Assembly: GCA_963749155.1 (NCBI GenBank)
Contig: CAVVLO010000003.1
Location: 64,001-128,000, forward strand
Direction: 5' to 3'
From: an uncultured Armatimonadia bacterium
Lineage (GTDB): Bacteria > Armatimonadota > Zipacnadia > CAVVLO01
Length of the DNA stretch: 64,000 nucleotides
Shown here in pieces: positions 28,737-38,467 of the stretch. Made by a program: the position numbers and the translations under genes. Below the pieces are notes generated by a model, which had not been told where the DNA came from, did not search any database, and saw only the letters and a program-made list of their open reading frames with translations. Within the stretch, counting starts at the first letter, position 1; each line of letters starts with the position of its first letter.

Positions 28737-31049
28737 ATGAAACTGTTTGTAGTCTTGCTAGTCCTGCTTGTATTGCTCCCGGCCTGGGTCTCCGAGGCCA
28801 GAACCAGGCTCTTCTATCCTGCGACTTTGCAGCCACTTCCCCCTGCCGAAGTGCGATTGGTCGGCCCCCTCGGTGACCGCTGGAGCGCCAATCTCGAGAA
28901 CTGGCTGCTGCCGATGAGTGAAGAACTGCTCTGCGGCTGCTTCGAGACTCACGACGTGCAGCATCCCTGGGTCGGCGAGTTCGCCGGCAAATGGCTGGAT
29001 GCCGCTGTCCTCTGCTACCAGGTCTCCCCGGATGAACGGCTCAGAGAGAAGCTAATCCGGGTCGTGGACAGGCTCGTTGCCGCCCAGGAGCCTGACGGGT
29101 ATCTGGGCACCTATCCCGAGGGTAAACGGTTCATCTTCGAGGGCATCTACACCTGGGATGTCTGGGTGCACAAATATACGCTGCTCGGTTTGCTGCGGTA
29201 TGTGGAGGAGACAGAGAACGCCGAAGCGCTTACCGCCGCGCGTCGCATCGGCGACTTGCTAATTACAACCTTTGGCGAGGCGCCAGGACAAAAAGATATT
29301 CTCTCGGCTGGCACTTTCAATGGGATGGCCGCTACCTCCCTCCTGCAGCCTGTGGTTTATCTTTACAAGCTGACCGGAGAACAACGCTACCTCGACTTCG
29401 CGCATTATCTAGTGCGCCGGATGGACGACCCTGACGGCCCAGGACTTGTGACGGCTTTGCTGGAAGGCAAATCCGTAGCTGAAACGCCCCAGACCAAGGC
29501 TTATGAGCTGCTTTCCAACCTGGTCGGCCTGGTAGAGTTGTATGGGATAACAGGAGAAAAACGCCTTCTTCGCGCTGCGGAGCTGGCCTGGGACGACATC
29601 CGGGCAAATCGGCTTTATATCACTGGCGGGGCAAGCTCCGGCGAACTCTTCCGGCCTGATGGAGTGCTGCCTTTCAGTTCGCGCGACAATATCCAGGAGA
29701 CCTGCGTCACCTTTTCCTGGCTGCAGCTAACGAGCTACTTGCTGGGCACCACGGGCGAAGCCAAATACGCGGATGCTTATCTCGATACCGCCTGCAACCA
29801 ACTGCTGGGCGCCCAGGCGCCCGATGGCAAGCGCTGGTGCTATTACTGTCCGCTGACCGGCCTGAAGCCGTACAGTACGGAAGTCCATTGTTGTAGCTCC
29901 AACGGCCCAAGAGGCATCGCCTGGCTTGCCCAGCACTGTGTCTGGCAGGGGGCCGAGGGGCCAGTTGTCGCCTTGCCCTCGGCCGGCGCATATGGTTTCC
30001 ATACTCCAGGCGCCAGGGAAGGCTGGCTCTATGTCAGTGGAGACTTCCCCTTCGGAGAGGAAGTGACCCTTAGACTAAAATTAGAGGCACAGGAGACCTT
30101 TACCCTGAGACTGCTTGCCCCCACCTGGGCCACTGGGGCGACTTGCCGCCTGCCCGACGGCGAAAAAGTGACCTTCCCCGCTGGGCCAGCCTGGCTGGAC
30201 CTCAACCGCAAATGGAAGTCGGGTGATGTGATAAAGCTGGATTTCAATTTCCAAACGCAGCTTGTTCAGGGAGAAGAAGTCTATCCCGGGTATGCCGCAA
30301 TCAAGTATGGCCCGCTGGTGCTGGCTTATGATTCCACCCTCATCGAGGGCGACCGCGGCCACGAGTGGCAGGCCGACTGCCTACCTGCCTCGGTGGAGGC
30401 GCTGGACCTGGAGCCAGTCGAAAAGCGTCCCGAAGGCCCACTCTATTCGGTAAACGTCTTCTCGCGACTGACCGGCCGCGAAAGCCGGCTGCCGCTTGTG
30501 CCCTGGGCGATTGCGGGTTCCAGTGGAGGCCAACTCCGCATCTGGCTGCCTGATTTCACCAATCTCGGTACCGAACCAGACTGGAGCCTTTTTGCCTTCT
30601 ACTCGGAAAGCAGCCAGTCCCGAACTGGCAACGTCAGCGAGCCGTTCAACGACGACGACCCTGGCACTTTTTCAGTCACGTTCACCGGCGGCAGACTGGC
30701 CGAAGACTGGTTCGCGGTCGAGCTGACGCAGCCTGTTACCTTCACCCGGCTGGTCTATGTCCATGGGCGAAGCTTCCACGATGGGGGCTGGTTTGATGCG
30801 AGCTCAGGGAAGCCGCGCTTCGAGATAAAGCGGACAGTGGACGGCCAGTGGGAGCCGCTGGTGGTGCTGGAGAGCTATCCTGATACGACAGCGAGGGATG
30901 CGCGAGGCCTCGTGGGTGGCGAAGTCTTCGAGACCCGTGTGCCAGCCACAAGGGCCGTTGCGGTAAGAATCCTTGGCGCGCCATCCTGCGGCGACAATCC
31001 TGCCCAGGCTTTTGCTTCCTGCGCCGAACTTGAGGCTTTCGCTGAGTAA
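28737..31049 (+). CDS. Secreted glycoside hydrolase family 127/146 (beta-L-arabinofuranosidase-like)
   Basis: WVGEFAGKWL, QEPDGYLG, WDVWVHKY, KAYE, LYITGG.S.GE, ETC, CCSSNGPRG, YGPLVLA. Confidence 0.9.
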   Translation: MKLFVVLLVLLVLLPAWVSEARTRLFYPATLQPLPPAEVRLVGPLGDRWSANLENWLLPMSEELLCGCFETHDVQHPWVGEFAGKWLDAAVLCYQVSPDERLREKLIRVVDRLVAAQEPDGYLGTYPEGKRFIFEGIYTWDVWVHKYTLLGLLRYVEETENAEALTAARRIGDLLITTFGEAPGQKDILSAGTFNGMAATSLLQPVVYLYKLTGEQRYLDFAHYLVRRMDDPDGPGLVTALLEGKSVAETPQTKAYELLSNLVGLVELYGITGEKRLLRAAELAWDDIRANRLYITGGASSGELFRPDGVLPFSSRDNIQETCVTFSWLQLTSYLLGTTGEAKYADAYLDTACNQLLGAQAPDGKRWCYYCPLTGLKPYSTEVHCCSSNGPRGIAWLAQHCVWQGAEGPVVALPSAGAYGFHTPGAREGWLYVSGDFPFGEEVTLRLKLEAQETFTLRLLAPTWATGATCRLPDGEKVTFPAGPAWLDLNRKWKSGDVIKLDFNFQTQLVQGEEVYPGYAAIKYGPLVLAYDSTLIEGDRGHEWQADCLPASVEALDLEPVEKRPEGPLYSVNVFSRLTGRESRLPLVPWAIAGSSGGQLRIWLPDFTNLGTEPDWSLFAFYSESSQSRTGNVSEPFNDDDPGTFSVTFTGGRLAEDWFAVELTQPVTFTRLVYVHGRSFHDGGWFDASSGKPRFEIKRTVDGQWEPLVVLESYPDTTARDARGLVGGEVFETRVPATRAVAVRILGAPSCGDNPAQAFASCAELEAFAE

Positions 31050-31050
31050 A

Positions 31051-31338
31051 CTAGACCGCGGCAGGTCCTTCGGCGCCTGGCTCAGGCATCGGCGAGGTTG
31101 GCTGTGCAGGCGAGGCTAGCGGGCACTTGAGGACGCCCTGTTTCTTCAGTGCCATCACGATGCCAACGGCGCCCGCGATGAACAGCACCAGCTTGAGTAA
31201 ACGCGCAAAGGGCCTGGGAGCGAGCCAGATACCCAGCGGCGCGAGCCCTGTCGGCGCCAGCCAGGCAGCCCAGCGGATTTTCCGGTCGATTAGAGCAAGG
31301 CGAGTTTCAAGTTCCTGATCTGTGATGGGCATATACAT
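31051..31338 (-). CDS. Small membrane protein
   Basis: Two hydrophobic segments, RBS GAGGG, candidate extended -10 TGcTATTAT at ~31379-31387. Confidence 0.55.
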   Translation of the reverse strand: MYMPITDQELETRLALIDRKIRWAAWLAPTGLAPLGIWLAPRPFARLLKLVLFIAGAVGIVMALKKQGVLKCPLASPAQPTSPMPEPGAEGPAAV

Positions 31339-31430
31339 CCCTCGCTGAGAGCTAGCAATCGTTGGGCTTGTCCCCTAAATAATAGCACATATCCGCTGAG
31401 TCAGACATTCGACCCGTTTTGCAGGCGGGT

Positions 31431-31964
31431 GCCCATTTTCGCACAGCCGTAGGTCGTACAGCCGCCGTTTTCCTGCCAGCCATCGCGGCCTGGGTTACAA
31501 GCCAATAGACTGATTTCCCGGCTGAGTCCGGCCCGTTCTCGCAACCGTAAGTCGTACAGCCGCCGTTTTCCTGCCAGCCATCGCGGCCTGGGTTACAAGC
31601 CAATAGACTGATTTCCCGGCTAGTCCGGCCCGTTTTCGCAACCGTAGGTCGTACAGCCGCCGTTTTCCTGCCAGCCATCGCGGCCTGGGTTACAAGCCAA
31701 TAGACTGATTTCCCGGTGTAGTCCGGCCCGTTTTCGCAACCGTAGGTCGTGCAGCCGCCGTTTTCCTGCCAGCCATCGCGGCCTGGGTTACAAGCCAATA
31801 GACTGATTTCCCGGCTGTCGGCCCGTTTTCGCAACCGTAGGTCGTACAGCCGCCGTTTTCCTGCCAGCCATCGCGGCCTGGGTTACAAGCCAATAGACTG
31901 ATTTCCCGGCAGTCCGGCCCGTTTTCACAGCCGTAGGTCGTACAGCCGCCGTTTTCCTGCCAGC
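31431..31964 (-). repeat. Tandem array of 5 full units plus 1 partial unit, 95-98 nt as assembled (consensus 99 nt)
   Basis: Anchor GTCGT(A/G)CAGC starts at 31453, 31551, 31648, 31746, 31841, 31937 (periods 98, 97, 98, 95, 96). Confidence 0.95.
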
Positions 31965-32523
31965 ACTCCCGGTGATGGGGTATCTCGCAGGCCCTGCAGA
32001 CCAGCACTTCCTCGGGGGGAAGAAAGCCGCTTTGGCAATAAGGGCAGGTCGCGCCCTGGTAATCGGCGCCTCTTGCGCCAGTTGCGCCGTGAGTGCCAGC
32101 GGGCGCAAGGCGCGGCCGGCTCGGATTGGCGCCCGAGGGGTGCAGGATGATCTCGCCATCGTCCTCATCCCAAAAATCCTCGGGGCTTTCGCGCTGCCAG
32201 TATTCCTCAGGCGTTTCGGTTGAAGTGTCTCGCTCATACCGCGAGGTGTAAGTGGATTGCCTGGGGAATCGCCGATTCCCAATTCGTCCCAGCCAGTCAT
32301 ACCAGGGGCGCCATATCGCCGCGCTGATGATGAGACCGGTTACGAAGCCGGCAACCCCGCCCACATCGCCTCCAATCTCGGCGCCGAGGGCCATCGTGGC
32401 AAAAGGCAGGACGAGGGGCACCATCAGGAAGACGAAGTAGAGCGCCAGTAGCAGCGCATACATCGCCAGGACCCAAAGCGCAAGTCCTATCACAATCGCA
32501 AACAAGGTGGCGCAGCAGTCCAA
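31690..32523 (-). CDS. Membrane-anchored prokaryotic RING finger (Prok-RING_1-like) protein; true 3' end obscured by the repeat array
   Basis: N-terminal TM helices, acidic linker, CPYCQ...VLVCRACEIPHHRECWQENGGCTTYGC. Confidence 0.8.
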   Translation of the reverse strand: MDCCATLFAIVIGLALWVLAMYALLLALYFVFLMVPLVLPFATMALGAEIGGDVGGVAGFVTGLIISAAIWRPWYDWLGRIGNRRFPRQSTYTSRYERDTSTETPEEYWQRESPEDFWDEDDGEIILHPSGANPSRPRLAPAGTHGATGARGADYQGATCPYCQSGFLPPEEVLVCRACEIPHHRECWQENGGCTTYGCENGPDCREISLLACNPGRDGWQENGGCTTYGCENGPTAGKSVYWLVTQAAMAGRKTAAARPTVAKTGRTTPGNQSIGL

Positions 32524-32564
32524 ATTTACTCCTCACCCAAGTTCTGGGACGCGTTCGGCCTGCG

Positions 32565-32807
32565 CTACTGTAACGCTCGGTACCAGCTTCGACGGAAGAG
32601 CGCAAAGCTGATCGCTCCAATTATGAAACCTGCCACGGCGCCCCACTGCCCACCCGCTTTCATGCCGATGAAGCCCAGCGCCAAGGGCACGATAACCGGC
32701 ACAATTAGCACTGCCACGTAAGCCAGCGTCATCAGCAGCATGTGAAACACCACTGCGACGAAGAGCAGGCCGAAAATAACAGGATCCAGCGCGCGTCGCC
32801 AGTTCAA
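32565..32807 (-). CDS. Small membrane protein paralogous to the RING protein N-terminus
   Basis: VPVIVPLALGFIGMKAGGQWGAVAGFIIG...RSWY versus VPLVLPFATMALGAEIGGDVGGVAGFVTG...RPWY. Confidence 0.65.
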   Translation of the reverse strand: MNWRRALDPVIFGLLFVAVVFHMLLMTLAYVAVLIVPVIVPLALGFIGMKAGGQWGAVAGFIIGAISFALFRRSWYRALQ

Positions 32808-32816
32808 GCGTCCACC

Positions 32817-35663
32817 TTACTTGGCAGGCTGTGCTTCCTCGGTCAGCAGCCTCCTGAAAGCTCCCTCGCGCAAGCTCGTGACCGTATCGCGGGCTTCGGG
32901 GCCATCGGGCAGCACGTAGAAGACTCCACATGTGACGCCTGGCAGCGAAAGCTCAACCGATTTGTCGGCTGATACCTGCTGCACTGTGTCCGACAGCAGT
33001 TCATAAACAACATACTGGCCAGGCTGTTCAACAGGTACCGAGGCTGTTGCGGCAGCGCCCTCAGCTTTATACTTCAGCCTTTGCTCGCGATTGCCGTCGT
33101 AGATGAACTCCCAGCTCTCGACGAGGTGGCGGTTCCAAACCACGCTGACCTGCCCGCTCTCAGTCTGGTAGGAATGCACCAGCGCCTGGTCTACGGAATC
33201 AGCGACCTTCCCCGCACCAAGCCAATCGGCGAGCGCGCCGGCGATGCGCCGATCGAGCTCCACAGTGTCTGGCTCACCCGCCCGGTAATGCAGGTAGAGG
33301 ACCCGGCTTCCGCCAGGCCCCTCGAATTGGCTGACAAGCGGCCGGCCATCAACCGACAGCAGTGGAGCGCCACCCTCGCAAACGTAATAGCCAGCGGGAA
33401 AATCAATCCGTTCTCCAACCTGGAAGACGCCCTCGAAGGGCGCCGAGATTTCACTCACAGCCCCTGAGAGGAAGCTCTCGTCCTTCTCGATGGTCATAAG
33501 GCCCCAGGCTGCCCCGCCGCCCGGATACTCGATAAAGTCTTGCTTCCAGTTCCAGGGATTGTAGCCTGTCCCGCTTATGCGCCGAGTCGGCTGATAGCTG
33601 TTGCAGATGAGCGTGCGGGCTGGGTCGGCTTCGAGCCAGGCTGCGATGCGCCCGATTGAGGTCTCCGGCGCCTCAGCGAAGCCCCAGATTAGCGCTTGAT
33701 AGTCCTCCACCGGGGCGAAGCGACTCGTGTCCATCGCATCGAACGCATAGCCCTCGCGCGCCAGCGCCTCGGCCAGGCAGCCATCCCACATATAATTGGT
33801 CGCGCCGAAGCCATAGAAGAGGCTCCCCCGGTACCGGTTGCTGTTCCGACTGGTCAGCACTGCAAGTGGCGAAGCGGCGCGCAGCGGTTTGTCAGCCTTG
33901 AACTGGTCGAAGGCCCATACCTTGGCGATGTTATCGCGAAAACGGTCATGCTGGGAGTTCGACTTGTCGGTCAAGGTCTCCCAGGCGCTCTCATCCAGGA
34001 AGTCATTCTTGATATGGTCGGCCTGCATCGCCGCGCACAGGTCATAGGTGACCGCGTAAGCGACTTCGGTGTCGTAGTACGACCGCCCGTGCCCGCCTGC
34101 GTTTATCTCGAGCTGCGGCCCGATGTAGTTGCCCGCCTCGTGATAGGCGCTGGCCAGGTACCCCCCGCTTCGATACAGGCCTTCTGTCCAGCCGGGATTA
34201 CCGAAATACTCGGGATAGTTGCCTTTGAGATTCGCGAGCCGGCCCGCCCAGACATAATCCGAGGCGTTGGCGAGGTCTTCGGGGTTGGGGATGATGAACA
34301 GATGCCCTCCCCGCTCCTCCAGATACCCGCCCAGATTGTTCAGGAAGCGCAGCCAGCAGTAGTGATACAGTGTCGTGAAGAGATACAAGTTACGCATCGT
34401 AATATCGGTGCGCGCCGGCCCGAAGGCTACCTCTTCAGTGGTCGGAGTATACTCTTCCCACGAGGCAAGCCCCAGGTCTGCCGGCTGCATCCGGTAGCCC
34501 GCGTAGTCCTCGAAATAGTCCCAGAAGGTGACCTTGAGCCTCTGGCCCTCCTCGACAATCATCAGGCCCTCGTCCTGCTCGAGCAGGGCCCTGCGATATG
34601 CCTCGAAGTCCGCCGGCGCGTAGCCCCAGCGCCCGCCCCAGTACGGCCAGACGAAATCCACCAGATTGAGATTGGTCACACCCGCCGCCAGGCAGGCATC
34701 TGCCCGGCGCTGCTGGCACTCCAGGATCTTCGGGTGGTTGAGGCATACCGAGTGCATCTGGTCGAACTTGCCGGGTGTAAGGTTATTGCTCTCCCCGTCC
34801 CAGCGCACGCCCCAGGCCTGGGCCTCGGTCAACTCGACGACGAAATCTATGGCGACGGCGTTCTCCTGCATCGCCGGACGGCCGAGGGATGCCAACCGCT
34901 CGGAATACTCTGCCACCAGATCAGGCTCTGAAAACCCATTGCCCGAATAAGCGACCGAAGGCGACAGCGCCGCCAGTTGCTCGACGATAGAAGCGTTGGG
35001 CGCATGGGTCCAGCCTGCCATTGAACCGGCCACGAAAGCAAAGCCCTTTGGATCCACCGGATTCAGCGCTACTGGGCGAGTTGGCTTTTCAGAATACGAG
35101 CGCGGGAGGTTGTCCGGGTCCAGCAGGTCTTTGGCTCCCGCGGCGCCCGCCAGCTCGATATTGGCAACCAGGAAGGCCAACTGGCCACCGGGCCCGCTGG
35201 GTTCGAGGTTCACCCCCCCGATGGTGTCCCACTCTTTCTGGTTGTCTCCGAGAGCCCAAAGGGCGAAGTCCTCCTCGGAATAACTGTAATGACGCCACTC
35301 GCCCACTGGCGCCTCAGCCAGGCTGAAGGGCGCAAGCCACCTGTCGCCGTCCGCTTCGGCCAAAAAAATCGCCAGGGCGCCAGTCTCATTACGCTCAAGC
35401 AGCATAAAGTCGAAGCTCAACTTCGAATAACCCTTCGCAGGGGCGCTCCAGCCGAAATGCCAGAAAGGATAAGGATCGCCTTCGTGGTCCTGCCATTCAA
35501 GCTTCAGCCCATACCCAAGCTCGGCGCGCGCCTCTTCGAGGAGGGTGGCCTTGCCCCCATCGCCCCAACCGCCCAGGGCGCTCTGCATAGCCGCCATCTT
35601 CGGCGTCATCGCCCAGCTACCGACCGCCAGAAGCAGTACCAACGCGCTCACCAGACTTTTCAT
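32817..35663 (-). CDS. Secreted putative glycoside hydrolase (CBM-like N-domain, barrel, GH42-trimerisation-like domain), unclassified
   Basis: 948 aa, signal peptide, EADGDRW...GEWRHY CBM-like segment; paralogous to 52005..54251. Confidence 0.6.
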   Translation of the reverse strand: MKSLVSALVLLLAVGSWAMTPKMAAMQSALGGWGDGGKATLLEEARAELGYGLKLEWQDHEGDPYPFWHFGWSAPAKGYSKLSFDFMLLERNETGALAIFLAEADGDRWLAPFSLAEAPVGEWRHYSYSEEDFALWALGDNQKEWDTIGGVNLEPSGPGGQLAFLVANIELAGAAGAKDLLDPDNLPRSYSEKPTRPVALNPVDPKGFAFVAGSMAGWTHAPNASIVEQLAALSPSVAYSGNGFSEPDLVAEYSERLASLGRPAMQENAVAIDFVVELTEAQAWGVRWDGESNNLTPGKFDQMHSVCLNHPKILECQQRRADACLAAGVTNLNLVDFVWPYWGGRWGYAPADFEAYRRALLEQDEGLMIVEEGQRLKVTFWDYFEDYAGYRMQPADLGLASWEEYTPTTEEVAFGPARTDITMRNLYLFTTLYHYCWLRFLNNLGGYLEERGGHLFIIPNPEDLANASDYVWAGRLANLKGNYPEYFGNPGWTEGLYRSGGYLASAYHEAGNYIGPQLEINAGGHGRSYYDTEVAYAVTYDLCAAMQADHIKNDFLDESAWETLTDKSNSQHDRFRDNIAKVWAFDQFKADKPLRAASPLAVLTSRNSNRYRGSLFYGFGATNYMWDGCLAEALAREGYAFDAMDTSRFAPVEDYQALIWGFAEAPETSIGRIAAWLEADPARTLICNSYQPTRRISGTGYNPWNWKQDFIEYPGGGAAWGLMTIEKDESFLSGAVSEISAPFEGVFQVGERIDFPAGYYVCEGGAPLLSVDGRPLVSQFEGPGGSRVLYLHYRAGEPDTVELDRRIAGALADWLGAGKVADSVDQALVHSYQTESGQVSVVWNRHLVESWEFIYDGNREQRLKYKAEGAAATASVPVEQPGQYVVYELLSDTVQQVSADKSVELSLPGVTCGVFYVLPDGPEARDTVTSLREGAFRRLLTEEAQPAK

Positions 35664-37605
35664 TGGGCCTCTCCCAGCGCAGCTTTGGCTGCCGCAAGCT
35701 CATCGCGCGTAACGTAGAAGAAGGTGCCATGCCTTGGCCCTGGCGGAAACTCTACTCCCGTTATCTCATCCCACGAAAGCAGGTCTTGTGACAGACTGAA
35801 GCTGTAGCGCTCTTCCGCAAAATGGTCATAGGCGAGGTACCACTTTTCGCCCCACTGGAAGAGGGCCGGCCCCTCGGTGAGTGGAGGCGTCACAAGCCCG
35901 CCCACAGGCTCGTATGGCCCGTGCAGCGACTCGCTGACCGCAACGCGCATCCCCTTGTTGTCGGTGCCCTTGCGATTCTCGCCGCGTTCGTCCTTGTAGA
36001 GGCAATACCAGCGCTTGCCATCGGTTTCGAGGGTGCCGTCAATTATTGTATAGCCAGGATAGAACAGCACCTCGGGCTTGGAGAAGTGCTCAAAATCAGG
36101 CGTCGTCGCGTGCCAAAGCTTCTGGTCGGGCGACCCCTCGGTGATGGACGACCAGTAGACGACCCACTCGCCGCCGACCTCATCCCAGATTGCCTCAGGC
36201 GCCCAGACGTTCTGGCAGCCTGGCACCGATTCCATAATTGGCACAATCCGGGCTTGCTCCCAGTTGACCAGGTCTCGGCTGCGGGTCCCTTCGAAGCTCT
36301 TGCCAGTCCAGCCGCCCGTGTGGATTAAGTAAAACCAGCCATCCGGCCCTCTGTCTGATGAAGGGGTCTCTGATAGTGGAGTTGGCGTAAGGGGTGCGAT
36401 AAATCGGCTTGTTGCCGTTCAAGGGACGCCAGTGATAAAGGTCCTCGCTCCACGCGAGGTGCAGCGCCTCGGCGCTCGTGCGGAAGTAGCAGAACAGCAG
36501 CACTTCATCCATCCCGGGTTTCACTCCTGCTACCGACTCGCTGGCCGGCTGGGATTCAAACAGGCGGAAGAGCGGCGAGCCTGCGTCGAGGGCCTGCCCG
36601 GCCGCCTCATCGTCCATCAAGCAACACTTAAAAAACGCCAGGCTTGTCACAACAATCGTCTGCAGTTTGGTATCGCCCGCGAGGGCTTTCTGGATACTCC
36701 CCCAGGGCACGATGGCACTACCGCCGAAGGTCCCGTGAGTTGCGCCTGCCAGTTCCGCCAGGTATTTTGGGCCTGGCACGTGGTCGAAAATCCAGCGCAG
36801 ATTCTCGGCCCTGCTGGGCGGCCCGCCTCCTGCTTCAAACTGGCCGTAGAGAAAGTACATCGGCAGCTTCATCTGGGCAAGCTATGCCAGGCTCCCAGGT
36901 GCCCTCTCCCCAGAAGGGACTCGAGAGGCAAAGCCCCGCCTTCACGCGGTCATCGGCATAAGGCGCGCCCAGGCCTCCGCACAACACAAAAGTTGTATAA
37001 GCTCCGTAGGAATGGCCTCCGGCGGCGATGCGCTCGGGATTGATTGCGTCCTCCAGCCAACCTCTTTCTGTTGTGTTCAACACCAGCAGGTAATCCAGGA
37101 GAGCCTTTGCCTCAGGCACGCGCCGGTCGAAAAGGTCAGGCCACTGGCGCACCTTGCGCAGCGCATCGCTGAGCGCGCGCGCGCCAACCAACTCGTTTCG
37201 TATATCGCTCAAATCAGGGCTGGCCGACCCATCGGAGCGTTCCATCTGGACGCTATCGAGGTGGTCAACCCCCGCCGCGATAAAGCCCTGAGAGGCCAGC
37301 GCCTCACCCAGGTACGCCAGTCCTGCCGCGCTGCCGCCAAATCCGTGAGAGAGCAGCACCAGAGGCCTTCCGCCCTCCTCGGAAGAGAGGGGCGCGTTGA
37401 GGGCGACCTGGGTCTGGATCCCACGGCGGATGGGATAGGTGTAGGGTTTGGTCTGGGCCTTCGTCGGATACCACACGAGCGCTGTCAGCGCGCCGCCGGG
37501 CGCCGCTTCATGAGGCACCTCGAGTACTCTGAGGCCCACGTTGGCAGCGCTTGCGAGTCCTGCCAGCAGCACCAGCATCCCAAATACTGCAATTAGTCTT
37601 CTCAT
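35660..37605 (-). CDS. Alpha/beta hydrolase (esterase)-GH43-like fusion (apparent frameshifts ~36880 and ~36345)
   Basis: VWYP, LLSHGFGG, GHSYG nucleophile elbow, GATHGTF; then without a stop LFCYF..EALHLAWSED...IRDPFI, GPDGWFYLIHTG, VWAPEAIWD, IIDGT, YKDER, TEGP, PRHG. Confidence 0.75.
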
Positions 37606-37612
37606 TCCGCCC

Positions 37613-38467
37613 TCACTTGCGCGCGCAGGTAGCCCCTGGAGCAGTTGTCCTGACCACGTAGACCGAGGTGGTCGCTGTCATATAGAAATCGCAACCATCG
37701 GTCCCTCCAAAGGCGCAGTTGGCTGTCACCTCGGGCATATCCAGTCTGACGATCAAGGCGCCCGAAGGTTCGAAGACCCATACGCCCCCCTGGCCAGTCG
37801 AGAAGAGCCGCCCTTCGGCATCTACTTTCATCCCATCCGCGGCGCCTGGCAGGTCAGCTTTTACGCTGGCGAATACCTCGCCACCGGACAGCGTCCCGTC
37901 CTCTGCCACCACGAAACGCCTTATGTGGTGTTCAATTGAATCTCCGATGTAGAGAACGCGCTCATCCGGCGAGAAGGCCAGGCCGTTCGGCCCTTCCATA
38001 GAGTCCACCAGCAATTCGGGCTCCCCGCCAGGCTTCAGCCGGTAAACGCCCTGGAAGCCCAGTTCTGCCTGCTCGGGCGAGATGCCATAAGGGGGATCGG
38101 TGAAATAAATCACCCCGTCGCTCTTCACTACGATGTCGTTGGGACTATTGAGTTTTTTGCCCTGATAATGGCTGGCGATGCTCTTAACCGAGCCATCGGC
38201 CTCGGTCAGTGACACTCGCCGGTTGCCGTGTTCGCAAGCGAGAAAGCGCCCTGCCAAATCCAGAGTGAGGCCATTCGAGTTGCCACTCGGAAAGCGGAAG
38301 ACGCTTACTTTCCCTCCAGGCGTCGCGCGGTAGACGGTATTGGCGGGTATGTCGCTGAAGAGCAGCGAGCCGGCCTGGGGTACCCAGACAGGCCCCTCGG
38401 TAAACTGGAAGCCTGTTGCGAGGCGTTCGATCTCGCCAGTAAAGATGCCTGCTAGTGACTTGTCCAT
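37613..38467 (-). CDS. SMP-30/gluconolactonase/LRE family protein
   Basis: FTEGPVW, FSDIP, SNGL, LNSPND, FTDPPYG, PNGLAFSPD, ADGMKVD, ANCAFGG; ATG 38467 with AAGGAG. Confidence 0.92.
   Translation of the reverse strand: MDKSLAGIFTGEIERLATGFQFTEGPVWVPQAGSLLFSDIPANTVYRATPGGKVSVFRFPSGNSNGLTLDLAGRFLACEHGNRRVSLTEADGSVKSIASHYQGKKLNSPNDIVVKSDGVIYFTDPPYGISPEQAELGFQGVYRLKPGGEPELLVDSMEGPNGLAFSPDERVLYIGDSIEHHIRRFVVAEDGTLSGGEVFASVKADLPGAADGMKVDAEGRLFSTGQGGVWVFEPSGALIVRLDMPEVTANCAFGGTDGCDFYMTATTSVYVVRTTAPGATCARK

Noticed and set aside
31431..31964. CRISPR array (the invariant half ends in GGCTTGTAAC, reminiscent of GGATTGAAAC repeat ends)
   Set aside because: The would-be spacers are near-identical copies of the adjacent gene's 3' end, about 60 nt long, and there are no cas genes or AT-rich leader.
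31431..31964. Diversity-generating retroelement TR/VR pair
   Set aside because: Differences are mostly C/T third-position changes, not adenine-specific, and there is no reverse transcriptase in the window.
33696..34931. Long antisense ORFs (also 43707..44942, 40981..41856, 48156..48980, 15113..16018)
   Set aside because: They mirror well-supported genes on the opposite strand, as expected from high GC3, and have no motifs or RBS.
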